A stretch of DNA of 64,000 nt, from positions 12,133 to 76,132 of the forward strand of contig JABHOV010000059.1 in assembly GCA_018695135.1 (NCBI GenBank), given 5' to 3'. This document shows, piece by piece, positions 38,377 to 48,405 of the stretch. Source of the stretch: Candidatus Melainabacteria bacterium (lineage in GTDB: Bacteria; Cyanobacteriota; Vampirovibrionia; LMEP-6097). Position numbers and translations under genes: made by a program. Numbering within the stretch: position 1 is the stretch's first letter; each line of letters begins with the position of its first letter. The notes below the pieces were generated by a model. That model saw nothing but the letters and a program-made list of their open reading frames with translations, did no database searches and was not told the origin of the DNA.

Positions 38377-39414
38377 ATGCGTTACCTCTGCTTGATTCTA
38401 TTATTGTTTAGCTCTTCTGCTTGTTCTAAAAAAGCTGCCCCGGTTGCTGCCGTAAAACCATTATTTGTCAAAGCAGAAGCTGCAACTACCGGTGATATAG
38501 AGCGTGCCTTTGAAACGGCTGGTGAACTGAAAGCGGATAAAGAGATTTTGGTTGCAGCTGAGCGGCCGGGGATGGTCAAAGAGATTTATGTGCGTGAAGG
38601 ACAATGGGTTAAGGCAGGTCAGGCTTTGATTCAAATAGAGGGTAAGGATGTTGATGCTGATTTAAAAAAAGCACAAAGTGATTTTGCTTCTTACCAAAAC
38701 CTGTTTGATCAGGGAGCTATTTCTAAACAAGAACTAATTAATTATGAAGCTCAACTGCGTAGAGTCGAGTCACAGATTGATAATCTCCAGATTAATGCAA
38801 TTAGTTCTGGATTTATTGGGGTGATATATGTTGATCCTGGTGACTATGTTAAACGAGGTGATAAGATTCTGGATTTGGTTAAGATTTATCCATTGAGAGT
38901 GAGTTATTCGGTGCCAGAGAAATTGATCTCCAAAATTTTAATTGGACAAAGCGTAGAACTACGTACTGACTCAGAAGCTGGCAAGGTTTTTAATGCAAGT
39001 GTTGATTTTATTTCACCAAGAGTTGATCCTAATACTAGAGCGGTTTTAGTTCGCGGGAAAATCAATAGCCCAAGTACTAATCTCAAAGCTAATCAGTTTG
39101 TTACTGTCAAACAAGTTATTAATAGTTCTAATACGACTTTATTGGTGAGAGAAGAAGCGCTCTATCTTAATCAAGGACAGGAGTATTTGTATCTCGCGTC
39201 GTCATTGCGAGCCGAGGCGAAGCAAGCTAATGTAGAGACTCCGGAGATCGACGCGTCTGATGAACTTGTAGCCAAACGTGTAGCTGTAAAAACCGGTCAG
39301 AGACAAGAAGGCATGGTAGAAATTTTAGAAGGTATTGAAGCTGGTGACAATGTGATCTATGCTGGTTTGCATAGTATTTATCCTGGGGCTAAGTTGGTTT
39401 TGGTTAGTGACTAA
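38377..39414 (+). CDS. RND efflux periplasmic adaptor (membrane fusion protein), lipoprotein; contains family-3 repeat fragment
   Basis: Lipobox SSSAC, coiled-coil hairpin, lipoyl and beta-barrel segments. Confidence 0.8.
   Translation: MRYLCLILLLFSSSACSKKAAPVAAVKPLFVKAEAATTGDIERAFETAGELKADKEILVAAERPGMVKEIYVREGQWVKAGQALIQIEGKDVDADLKKAQSDFASYQNLFDQGAISKQELINYEAQLRRVESQIDNLQINAISSGFIGVIYVDPGDYVKRGDKILDLVKIYPLRVSYSVPEKLISKILIGQSVELRTDSEAGKVFNASVDFISPRVDPNTRAVLVRGKINSPSTNLKANQFVTVKQVINSSNTTLLVREEALYLNQGQEYLYLASSLRAEAKQANVETPEIDASDELVAKRVAVKTGQRQEGMVEILEGIEAGDNVIYAGLHSIYPGAKLVLVSD
39193..39260. repeat. Family 3 repeat fragment inside adaptor ORF (..TCGCGTCGTCATTGCGAGCCGAGGCGAAGCAAGCTAATG..CGACGCG)
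   Basis: Left arm near-identical to 51136-51167. Confidence 0.75.
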
Positions 39415-40043
39415 GATCCTTGCTGTAATTTCATATAGTTGTTAATTGCTGTTACTGGATCGTAGTAAGAGTCAGTAGTTTCTCGCTTCACCGTTAGAAG
39501 TATGTCAAAGACATCATGATAGACATCGTCTGATTTAATCTTTTGTGTATCTGCTCCTGCTACTTCGAAATTAGAATCAAATATGAGAATAGAAAGATCG
39601 CTTATTGTCGAGAAGCTGTGATCAGCAGGGAAGTCAGCGACTATTTGGTCACTCAGTTTGTAGGCGAGTTGTTGAATATATGCCTCTGGCATTTGTTCTA
39701 TCTTTTTTCTAAATGCACTTGATATTTCTGTGCGCATTTTTTCATTTGACACGAGGCTACGCGGGAAGAGACCAGCATCTAGTTGTCTATCTTCTGGCAC
39801 GCTGAACTCACCAGGAATTACATTACTTGTTGTTGGACTGCTAGTTACTGCAGCAAGTCGTCTGGCAATTTCTTCTGCTTTGCCTGTGGCCTCAGTAAGA
39901 CTTGTAGAGCTATCTATAAGTTGGTGACCGAGAGCATGCGTGAAGGCATGTGATACTTGCGCTGCGTTCACTCCCTTTTGTACATAAGAACTATTAGAAG
40001 GTGTTTTGTTTACTTCCATATTTCTTATCTTAGTACGCCCCAA
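39411..40043 (-). CDS. Hypothetical protein, antisense ORF sitting between adaptor and RND pump genes
   Basis: 210-aa ORF in AT-rich DNA; HAFTHALGH segment; no family recognised. Confidence 0.35.
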   Translation of the reverse strand: MGRTKIRNMEVNKTPSNSSYVQKGVNAAQVSHAFTHALGHQLIDSSTSLTEATGKAEEIARRLAAVTSSPTTSNVIPGEFSVPEDRQLDAGLFPRSLVSNEKMRTEISSAFRKKIEQMPEAYIQQLAYKLSDQIVADFPADHSFSTISDLSILIFDSNFEVAGADTQKIKSDDVYHDVFDILLTVKRETTDSYYDPVTAINNYMKLQQGS

Positions 40044-40067
40044 ATTGCTAAGATTGTAACAACAGCA

Positions 40068-43000
40068 ATGAAAATCAGCTCTTTACCAGATTTAGCAATT
40101 CAAAAACCAGTACTGGCAACAGTGATGTCTTTGGTTATTGTTTTTGCAGGAGTCCTTGCTTGGACTAATTTGCCGGTGCGTGAATACCCGGATATTGATC
40201 CGCCGGTAATTACTGTGACGACGGTTTATCCTGGTGCAAGTTCAACGGTTATAGAATCAGAAATTACCGACCTTATTGAAACAGAACTTTCTGGGATTGA
40301 AGGTATCAAGTCGATGGTCTCAAGTTCAAGAGATCAGGTTAGTAGTATTGTGCTGGAGTTTGTGCTTGACCGCAATATCGATATCGCTGCTCAGGATGTG
40401 CGTGACAAGGTCGCTAGAATATCAAGGCGCCTGCCTGACAATAGTGATGATCCGGTTATTGCCAAGGCTGATTCGGACGCGCAGCCCATTATGTGGATTT
40501 TAGTTCAATCTAAGAACTTGTCTGGGAAGACCCCTCTGCAGGGTGTCGCTGAGCCTTCTCAAACAGACTCTCCTGAAAGAAACCTAATGGACTTAGCTGA
40601 GTATGTTGATCAGGAGATCAAGGATTATTTTCAAAATGTGCCAGGGGTCTCCAAGGTTATTTTTGGTGGGGAGCGCCGCCGTGCTATTCAGGTTTTGCTT
40701 GATACCAAGAAACTTGCTTACTACGGTATTTCGGTAATTGATATTGAAAAAGCATTGCGCGAGAATAATATCGAATTGCCGGCTGGTAGTATTCTCTCGA
40801 AGACCAAGGAATTTAGTATCAATGTCGATGCCAAATTAACCAAGCCCGAACAGTACGCCAATATCAGTATTAAGGATTCTCGTTTTGGCAAGGTCAAACT
40901 CAAAGATGTGGCGCAAGTGATACTTGGAGCTGAAAATGATAAGAGTTTTGTACGTTTCAATGGGCATCAGGGTTTTGGATTGGGTATCGTTAGGCAAGCT
41001 AAATCTAATACCATTCAAATCTCAGATGATGTGCATAAATTAGTCAAAGAATTGCAAAAGAAAATCCCTGAGGATATTGAACTTGCTGTTGGTTATGATG
41101 CTGCTGAATTTATTCGCTTGAGCTTGCAGGAATTGTACATGACCATTTTCCAAGCAACACTATTAGTGCTTTTGGTGATTTTTGTGTTCTTGCGTAATAT
41201 CAGAAGTACTTTGATTCCTGGTTTGGCAATTCCTATTAGTCTTGTTGGTGTGATGATTGGGATTCAAGCTTTTGGTTTTACGCTCAATCAAATGACTCTC
41301 TTGGGTTTGATTATTGCAATTGGGATTGTGGTGGATGATTCGATTATTGTGCTTGAGAATATTTATAGGTATATAGAACAAGGCATGGAAGCCAAGGCTG
41401 CAGCCAAAAAGGGTGCTGAAGAAATTAGTTTTGCGGTAATTGCAACAACTCTGGTTTTGATCTCTATTTTCTTGCCAATTGGTTTTCTGTCAGGGATTAC
41501 TGGTAGACTGCTGTCTGAGTTTGCTTTTTCACTATGCTTTGCTACAAGTATTTCTAGTTTTGTTGCTTTGACAATTGCGCCGATGCTTTGTTCCAAGGTT
41601 TTTGCGGTGAGCTCTTCACCCAAAGCTGATGAAAAGACAACGGCTCTCAAGAGTTTTTATTCAGGTCTTAAAATAGTATTAGAGAACTTCTTCATTCGCT
41701 TAGAGAGGTTCTATACAGGAATTCTTGATTCTGCTTTAAAGAATAAGACAAAACTAATTAGCATTGTCTTGCTTAGCTCAGTTGTTCTATCCGTCTTTCT
41801 TTTTACTAATTTGCCTAAGGACTTTATTCCAGATGAAGACAGAGGTACTTTCTTTGTGATCTTTAAGAGTACTCGCGGTAGCAATATCGGGGTGATTGAT
41901 AAACAGATTCGTAAGGTAGAGTCTTTTTTGGCTACTATCCCTGAAGTGACGATGACCATTGCTGTTGCAGCCTTTGGGCGCGATGCTCCTGGTAAGGTGA
42001 CAGAGGGGATTATAATTACCAGGCTCAAAACTTGGAAAGAGCGAGCCAAAAAAGTCGGAGCAATTGTTGGTCCACTTTACCCAGTATTTTTTGCGATGCC
42101 AGAGGTTTTTACTTTGCCAATCATGCCCAAGTCTGGTCCAGATAGTGGTTTTGGCTCACAGCCAATACAGCTAGTGCTCAAGTCTAATAATCTTGATTTC
42201 TTAGTTAAGGCTTCAGCGCAAATTACTCAAGCATCATTTGGCTTGCCAGCTTTGATGTTTGCTAGATCCAATTTGAGTCTTGATAAACCAGAACTCACAG
42301 TTGATATCAACCGCGACAAGGCTCAGAGTCTTGGTTTGTCGATGGAAGACATCTCTAAATCGATAGAGCTTTTGTTTACTGGAATTGATGTAACAGAGTT
42401 TAATGATAATGGTGAGAACTACAAGGTAATATTGACGGTGGCTCGCAAGGAGCGGGAGAACGTGCGCAAGATTGGTGAGTTTGCTTTGAGAAATGATCAA
42501 GGAGAGATGATTCAATTGAGTAATTTGATTACGGTAAGAGAAACAATTGGAGCTGAGGATCTTAATCATCACAATCGCAAGAAATCAGTGACTATTGAAG
42601 CATCACCCAAAGAAGGAGTTACGCCTTCTGACGGGTTGAAGGCATTAGAGACTTTGGCTAAATCCCTTATTGAAGGGATGGAGGACGTGCCGGCTGATTT
42701 TGAGATGGATTATTTAGGCACTTCTAAGGAGCTTAGAGACTCTGATGCAGCTTTGTATTTTGGTTTTATGGTTGCTCTGGTTTTTGCTTATCTATTCTTG
42801 GCGGCACAGTTTGAGAGCTTTGCCTCGCCAGTGATTGTGATGCTAACAGTGCCACTTGCGTTGATTGGCGCCTTGTTGGGTTTGTATGCTTTTCAATTCT
42901 TTCCGTGGCTTACACAAACACTCGTTGGGATTTTGGGCGAGAAATTCTTTTGGCTCAAGTTTGTTATTCCACAGTTTAAAAATATGAGCTTGAATATCTA

Positions 43001-43322
43001 TTCTCAAGTAGGGATGATTATGCTTATTGGCATGGCAACCAAAAACGGAATTTTGCTTGTTGAATTTATGAATCAACTTCGCGAGCAAGGAATGTCAACG
43101 ATGGATGCAATTAAAGAAGCAGCGCGCTTGCGTTTGCGACCTGTGCTGATGACAGCGATTTCAACGGTGCTTGGTTTATTGCCAATCGCTTTAGCGCTTG
43201 GTGTTGGTACCGAATCTAGGCAAAGTCTTGGGGTGGTGATTATTACGGGGATGACTGTTGCAACTGTTTTGACTTTGGTTTTGGTGCCTGCAGTTTATGC
43301 TGTGTTTTACGGGAAGAAATAG
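40068..43322 (+). CDS. RND (HAE1/AcrB-type) efflux transporter permease; start moved to MKISSLPDLAIQKPV
   Basis: 12-TM AcrB architecture, two large periplasmic loops. Confidence 0.9.
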   Translation: MKISSLPDLAIQKPVLATVMSLVIVFAGVLAWTNLPVREYPDIDPPVITVTTVYPGASSTVIESEITDLIETELSGIEGIKSMVSSSRDQVSSIVLEFVLDRNIDIAAQDVRDKVARISRRLPDNSDDPVIAKADSDAQPIMWILVQSKNLSGKTPLQGVAEPSQTDSPERNLMDLAEYVDQEIKDYFQNVPGVSKVIFGGERRRAIQVLLDTKKLAYYGISVIDIEKALRENNIELPAGSILSKTKEFSINVDAKLTKPEQYANISIKDSRFGKVKLKDVAQVILGAENDKSFVRFNGHQGFGLGIVRQAKSNTIQISDDVHKLVKELQKKIPEDIELAVGYDAAEFIRLSLQELYMTIFQATLLVLLVIFVFLRNIRSTLIPGLAIPISLVGVMIGIQAFGFTLNQMTLLGLIIAIGIVVDDSIIVLENIYRYIEQGMEAKAAAKKGAEEISFAVIATTLVLISIFLPIGFLSGITGRLLSEFAFSLCFATSISSFVALTIAPMLCSKVFAVSSSPKADEKTTALKSFYSGLKIVLENFFIRLERFYTGILDSALKNKTKLISIVLLSSVVLSVFLFTNLPKDFIPDEDRGTFFVIFKSTRGSNIGVIDKQIRKVESFLATIPEVTMTIAVAAFGRDAPGKVTEGIIITRLKTWKERAKKVGAIVGPLYPVFFAMPEVFTLPIMPKSGPDSGFGSQPIQLVLKSNNLDFLVKASAQITQASFGLPALMFARSNLSLDKPELTVDINRDKAQSLGLSMEDISKSIELLFTGIDVTEFNDNGENYKVILTVARKERENVRKIGEFALRNDQGEMIQLSNLITVRETIGAEDLNHHNRKKSVTIEASPKEGVTPSDGLKALETLAKSLIEGMEDVPADFEMDYLGTSKELRDSDAALYFGFMVALVFAYLFLAAQFESFASPVIVMLTVPLALIGALLGLYAFQFFPWLTQTLVGILGEKFFWLKFVIPQFKNMSLNIYSQVGMIMLIGMATKNGILLVEFMNQLREQGMSTMDAIKEAARLRLRPVLMTAISTVLGLLPIALALGVGTESRQSLGVVIITGMTVATVLTLVLVPAVYAVFYGKK

Positions 43323-43344
43323 ACCTCGCCAATGAGTATATACA

Positions 43345-43389
43345 AAGCGTTACGGTGTTATCACCCGGTGTTGATAGCGTAACGTTTTA
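43345..43389. terminator. Imperfect hairpin plus TTTT after RND gene
   Basis: AGCGTTACG..CGTAACG stem then TTTT. Confidence 0.5.
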
Positions 43390-44433
43390 GATGTGGTTGC
43401 TGAGAAATGTCTTACGATGCTCTTTAGTTAAACCATGTTCTTGAATGGCTAGCATGTGTTTTTTGGTGCCGTAGCCGACATTTGTGACCCAAGCATACTC
43501 TGGTTGTGAACTGGCTAATCCTTTCATATAATCATCGCGCTTGTCTTTTGCAAGGTTGCTAGCCGCCGCAATCAAACTACTATGTGAGTCACCCTTGACT
43601 ATGCTTTTTTGTCTGATGATGATCTCGTTTTTCTCAGCTTTGAGTTGCATGTGAGTTTGTTTACAATCAAGCCCAAGCTCAAGAAAACTAAAATCCACAA
43701 TCTTGCGTTTTTTAAAGATCTCTCTACTAAGCTCTGCTAGGTTTTGGATGGTCTTATTGCCATCAACTAGTAAAAGAATTTCATCTGGGTAACGATGATA
43801 AAGATCAAGATGTTCTTGAACGATATTGATGAGATTCTCGGTCATAGAACGCCAAATTGCTTTGACTATGCCGTGCTTGTCGATATATTTAGCACTTTGC
43901 ATATTAGTTGAATGAAATAGATGTTGATCGGCACTGAAATAAGGCAGGTCGAGTAAAGCCTTGCAGAGTGCTTTGCGTTTGGATTTGAGGACTTTTTTAC
44001 TGTCATCCAGCAAAAGTAGAGAGCTAATCTCTTGGACATTTTGCAATTCTTCTTCAACATTGGTTTCGTTGATGATTGTTTCAGCGTAATAACGGTCCCT
44101 GTTATTGAGTGAAATGAAATCACCACTCATCAATTGACCTGATCTTTTGACATCATTTAAGAGGTCTTGCTTTTCAGCGTAAAAACTAGAACAAGAGTAT
44201 GCACCAGTACAAACTGGTCCAGCAACACAACCTCTGCCAACCTCATCAAAGCCAATAATGAGAGTGCCTTCAGCTAAATCCAAATAGAGATCCTCATCAA
44301 AGCTAATTAAACGAGAAAAGTTTTCAAGGTGTTTGCCTGAATAGAGTTGCTGATAGTTCTTGCGAACTTTGGGCTTGGTGGAAGTAAATAATTTTTTACG
44401 TCGTTTCTTCTTTTTGGTTTTTGCCAGACTCAT
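43387..44433 (-). CDS. rnhB: Ribonuclease HII with Lys-rich N-terminal extension and ~50-aa internal insertion
   Basis: IGFDEVGRGCVAGPV, DSHSSLIAAASNLAKDKRD, GYGT..H motifs. Confidence 0.8.
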   Translation of the reverse strand: MSLAKTKKKKRRKKLFTSTKPKVRKNYQQLYSGKHLENFSRLISFDEDLYLDLAEGTLIIGFDEVGRGCVAGPVCTGAYSCSSFYAEKQDLLNDVKRSGQLMSGDFISLNNRDRYYAETIINETNVEEELQNVQEISSLLLLDDSKKVLKSKRKALCKALLDLPYFSADQHLFHSTNMQSAKYIDKHGIVKAIWRSMTENLINIVQEHLDLYHRYPDEILLLVDGNKTIQNLAELSREIFKKRKIVDFSFLELGLDCKQTHMQLKAEKNEIIIRQKSIVKGDSHSSLIAAASNLAKDKRDDYMKGLASSQPEYAWVTNVGYGTKKHMLAIQEHGLTKEHRKTFLSNHI

Positions 44434-44782
44434 ATGATTTTGCTAATTCTAAACGGCTGCCACTAAAGAAATCAAGAAAAAGTTCTTTGAATTCTTTGGA
44501 GCAATTGTGTCCGCAAACAATTGTACAAGATCTAAGTAGTCTTACATATTTTCTAAATATCTCAAATTCTTCACCCTCTAAATCGCTGTCTTTGCAGGCA
44601 ATAATTTCACCTCTGGCAGCACGTAGGTAGCGATCACTCTTTTGAAGTCTAGTAATACATTCTTTGAGATTGGAAGCTAAAGCCTTAGATTTGAGTGAGA
44701 TTTCAGCGAGTACAGGTTCAAGCTTGGCGAAAAGCTCGTCATCATATTTTGCTAAATCTTGATTTAATATCTCAATATTCAT
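44396..44782 (-). CDS. Hypothetical protein 128 aa
   Basis: ORF only. Confidence 0.35.
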   Translation of the reverse strand: MNIEILNQDLAKYDDELFAKLEPVLAEISLKSKALASNLKECITRLQKSDRYLRAARGEIIACKDSDLEGEEFEIFRKYVRLLRSCTIVCGHNCSKEFKELFLDFFSGSRLELAKSYESGKNQKEETT

Positions 44783-44823
44783 GTTGTTACAAATCTGCCA
44801 GTTAGCTGGTATCCTTTAGGTAT

Positions 44824-45660
44824 ATGAAGATATCATATTTAGGTCCAGAAGGTTCATATACTCATATTGCAGCCAAACAAGCGTTTAATGGGGCGGACTT
44901 GGTGCCAAGCTCAACTATTACTAATATAGTTCATGATCTTGCTGTTGGTTTGGTGGATAGTGCGATTGTGCCTGTGGAGAATTCTATTGCTGGCGGTGTT
45001 GCTGAGACTATCGAGGCTTTGCAGCAGTCTGAAGATATTTATGTGGTACATGAATATATTTTGCCGATAGATCATTGTTTGCTGGCTTTGCCTGGTTTTG
45101 ATAAAAACAAACTTGCCCAGACTCAAAGAATTAGAGCCCATCATATGGCTTTAGGTCAGTGCATGGATTATATTCGGAGTAATTTACCAAATGTAGAAAT
45201 CTTGCCAAGCTCGAGTAACAGTTCAGCAGCCAAGGCACTCAAAGCCAATGAAGCAGAGAATCCTAATCAAGTTGTTATTGCAAGTGAGCTTTGTGCGGAG
45301 ATCTATGGACTTGAGGTTTTAGAAAAAGCAATTAATGATAGTAATATTAATGAAACTCGTTTTTGGATTTTGTCCAAAAAACTTGAGGACTTTAAGCCTG
45401 AAGTAAAAAACAAAACCACGATTTTATTCCAAACAAAAGATGAGCCAGGTAGTTTGCAGGTTGTACTTAGATTATTTGCCGTAAACAATGTCAATTTGAG
45501 TCGTATTGAATCAAGACCGGCAAAGAAAAATATAGGAGAGTATTTGTTCTTGGTTGATTTTGATTTGCACAAAGAAGACCCGCGCTATGACACGCTTGTG
45601 CGTCAAGTAAGGCAGCATTTTAGTTATTACAAATGGTTAGGATCGTATTCTCAAGTTTAA
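44824..45660 (+). CDS. pheA: Prephenate dehydratase (PDT plus ACT domain)
   Basis: ISYLGPEGSYTH, TRFWIL, ESRP motifs. Confidence 0.85.
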   Translation: MKISYLGPEGSYTHIAAKQAFNGADLVPSSTITNIVHDLAVGLVDSAIVPVENSIAGGVAETIEALQQSEDIYVVHEYILPIDHCLLALPGFDKNKLAQTQRIRAHHMALGQCMDYIRSNLPNVEILPSSSNSSAAKALKANEAENPNQVVIASELCAEIYGLEVLEKAINDSNINETRFWILSKKLEDFKPEVKNKTTILFQTKDEPGSLQVVLRLFAVNNVNLSRIESRPAKKNIGEYLFLVDFDLHKEDPRYDTLVRQVRQHFSYYKWLGSYSQV

Positions 45661-45661
45661 T

Positions 45662-47236
45662 ATGTCTAATTTTCGTTATCGCAGCATACAAATACTCATT
45701 GCTTTAGCATTTCTTGCTATCTTGGGACGTTTATTTCAATTTCAAATTCTTAATGGGCAAAAATATTCTGCTTACATTAAGCGCTATGGACAGACCTACA
45801 AAATTAGTCCTGCAAGAGCAGAGATTGTTGATCGTAACGACAAAGTACTTGCTTTGGATTTGATGAAATATACACTTGAATATAATCCCGTGACTACTAG
45901 TGAGGATAGAGGCATGCTTGCTTTCAAACTAGAGCAAATGATTGATTTGAAAGATCCAGAAGATCTCAATGCTAGTTATAGTAAGACTCTTGCGCATGGT
46001 TTGAGTCGCGAACAGGCAAACAAAATTAGGAAGCTTGATTCCAAATTATTATACTTGCGTCAAGTTAGGCGCAGATTTTATCCACAAGATGAGCTGGCTT
46101 CTCATGTGCTTGGCTATGTTGATCTTTATGGACAAGCAAGGCAAGGTATTGAAGCTGACTATCAAAAGAGATTAGAAGAAGACTCAGAGAACAAGCTTAG
46201 ATTGAGCTTGGATTCTCGCTTGCAAGTTTTTGCCGAAACAGAATTAAAGAAGCGAATTGCTGAAACGAAGGCGGCAAGAGGGACTGTTTTGTTAATGGAA
46301 GTTGCTACTGGACAAATGATGGCAATGGCTACTAGCCCAGGATTCAATCCTAATAACTATTTTGATTTTAGTTTGTCACAAATTAAAAACTGGCCTTTGG
46401 TTGATGTCTATCAACCGGGTTCTATTTTTAAGATAGTGACAGTGGCATCTGCCCTAGAGTCTGGGACTATAGATTTGAGTCATCGTTTTGTAGATGAAGG
46501 CTTTTTGGAGATTGATAAATGGAAAATCAAAAATCATGAATACAAACTAGGTAAGACTGAGGCTGAGGAATTGAATCTGCAAAACTTGTTTGAACGATCA
46601 AGTAATACTTTTGCTGCACATCTGGCACTAGCAATGGGTCCTAAGGTTTTTCATGATCAGATTAGCAAGTTTGGCTTTGGGCAAAAAACGGGGATCGAAT
46701 TAAGTGGGGAGTCCAAGGGTATTTTGCTTAAGCACAAAAAATGGCGTAAGTCCGATACTGCAACTACAGGCATGGGTCATGGTGCCATTTCTGTTACTCC
46801 GTTACAGTTGCTGGCAGCAGCTAATGTCATTGCCAATGACGGTCATTGGGCTAGACCGACTTTGTTTCTTGATTCTAAACAGCCGTTGGCTGAAGAGCTT
46901 GAACCAATTATCAGTGCTGAGCATGCTTATAGTATTAGAAATCTTTTGGCAAGAGCCATTGATCACAATTTGAAATTCAAATCTAGCGTGGCTGGACGTG
47001 TTGATAATTTGACGATAGCTGGTAAAACTGGCACAGCAGAGAAAATCAAAGCAGGTGGAGGCTACTCCAAAAAAGAAACAGTCGCTTCTTTCTTAGGTTT
47101 CTTCCCGGCTTATAATCCAAAATATATCGCCTTAGTTGTAATTGATGATCCCAAGACTGATGGTCGTTGGGGTGATACTGTGGCTGGACCTTTGTTTAAC
47201 AAGATTGCTGCTTACACTAGAGACTTGTATTTATAA
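45662..47236 (+). CDS. Penicillin-binding protein, FtsI/PBP2-type transpeptidase
   Basis: N-terminal TM anchor, SIFK (SxxK), KTGTAE. Confidence 0.85.
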   Translation: MSNFRYRSIQILIALAFLAILGRLFQFQILNGQKYSAYIKRYGQTYKISPARAEIVDRNDKVLALDLMKYTLEYNPVTTSEDRGMLAFKLEQMIDLKDPEDLNASYSKTLAHGLSREQANKIRKLDSKLLYLRQVRRRFYPQDELASHVLGYVDLYGQARQGIEADYQKRLEEDSENKLRLSLDSRLQVFAETELKKRIAETKAARGTVLLMEVATGQMMAMATSPGFNPNNYFDFSLSQIKNWPLVDVYQPGSIFKIVTVASALESGTIDLSHRFVDEGFLEIDKWKIKNHEYKLGKTEAEELNLQNLFERSSNTFAAHLALAMGPKVFHDQISKFGFGQKTGIELSGESKGILLKHKKWRKSDTATTGMGHGAISVTPLQLLAAANVIANDGHWARPTLFLDSKQPLAEELEPIISAEHAYSIRNLLARAIDHNLKFKSSVAGRVDNLTIAGKTGTAEKIKAGGGYSKKETVASFLGFFPAYNPKYIALVVIDDPKTDGRWGDTVAGPLFNKIAAYTRDLYL

Positions 47237-47325
47237 GGGTCGTATCCTGTCATCTGACATTTCAATGTATTACAAACGATCTTAATTAGTGATACACTGA
47301 AATGTCAGATGACAGGATACGACCC
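47237..47325. repeat. Family 2 palindromic element, variant arms GGGTCGTATCCTGTCATCTGACATTT with three compensatory changes in the partner arm
   Basis: Both arms read in sequence. Confidence 0.9.
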
Positions 47326-47871
47326 TGTTTGGCGCAGGAAATCTTCATGTGCATTTTTATTGGTGTAGTTGGTAACGCGCAAATAAGCTGACCAAGGTAT
47401 TTGATTTTCGCTTGCAACTTTGGCTATACCGTAGAGCTCCATGTTTTCTATAATTGCGTCTGTTTGATAATGTTTAATAATTTGTTTGGAGATAGTCTCG
47501 TCTTGAGTGATTTCAAGACTTGAGAGGCATAAAATATTCTTTGAATCTGGATGACTGGCGTGAAGAATAGGATAAATATCTTTGATAGTGTAGCTAAGTC
47601 CTTGAACTGATCCGAGATTTAAAAGAGCTGCAGCACTAACTATGATTTGCTCGCCAATCTTGATATTTTGGCTATAGGCACCGGCTGTGCCAGTAAAGAT
47701 GATTTCGGAGATATCGTTTCTTGATTGAAGTAGTTTAGAGAGATTGACAGCTGCTTCAAGATAGCCAATGCCAAGTACCTCTAAAATATGGGTTTTACTG
47801 GTTAAATAGGGCAAATCCGCTGGATTCTCTGCTAGTTCGTTTTTGCAGGCTGCGCAAATAAGGCTTGTCAT
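47305..47871 (-). CDS. PNP/MTAN-family nucleosidase, possible futalosine hydrolase MqnB
   Basis: Short 188-aa MTAN-like layout (..IIFTGTAGAY..). Confidence 0.55.
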   Translation of the reverse strand: MTSLICAACKNELAENPADLPYLTSKTHILEVLGIGYLEAAVNLSKLLQSRNDISEIIFTGTAGAYSQNIKIGEQIIVSAAALLNLGSVQGLSYTIKDIYPILHASHPDSKNILCLSSLEITQDETISKQIIKHYQTDAIIENMELYGIAKVASENQIPWSAYLRVTNYTNKNAHEDFLRQTGSYPVI

Positions 47872-48047
47872 CAGATTAATTCTAGCTTATTTCTCTATTA
47901 GATTAAAGCTTCTAGGGCAGATGACCGATATAAAAATTAGAGCTTGTTTACGGCGGGTTCTAGAGGGTCAATAAGACAACAAGTCCTGATGGTGTGCAAC
48001 AGAGCACTAGCTTGGCTCATAGGCTAGGGATTTTACAGGAAGTTTAG

Positions 48048-48371
48048 ATGGAAGTTTCTCAAGTAAGCAAGATGCTCGCATACAGTTTTGTATCAGAGTT
48101 GATTAATAAAAAGAAAGTCAAGAGCAATGGTCGTCTTGTTGCTTCTGATGAGGTAAGTGAAGAAGCGTTTGATATTTCCGAGATGAGTTTTGGTGATCTT
48201 GAAACATATTACAAAAATGTTCTAACTATCATTGAAGATACTCCTGAAATACGAAGTTCCTTAGTTGATTCAATTAAGCGTGCTCAAGAAGATGGTGAGG
48301 ATCTAAACCTACGTTATCCAGCTAAATTAATTGCACAGGAAGAATCTTTGCAAAAACAGTTATTTATGTGA
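48048..48371 (+). CDS. Hypothetical protein 107 aa
   Basis: ORF only. Confidence 0.35.
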   Translation: MEVSQVSKMLAYSFVSELINKKKVKSNGRLVASDEVSEEAFDISEMSFGDLETYYKNVLTIIEDTPEIRSSLVDSIKRAQEDGEDLNLRYPAKLIAQEESLQKQLFM

Positions 48372-48372
48372 G

Positions 48373-48405
48373 TATTTCTGAAGCTGTAAGCTTCAGAAAT
48401 ACTCA
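48373..48405. terminator. Perfect 15-bp-stem hairpin AGTATTTCTGAAGCT-GTA-AGCTTCAGAAATACT directly after stop codon
   Basis: Read in sequence; no U-run. Confidence 0.45.
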
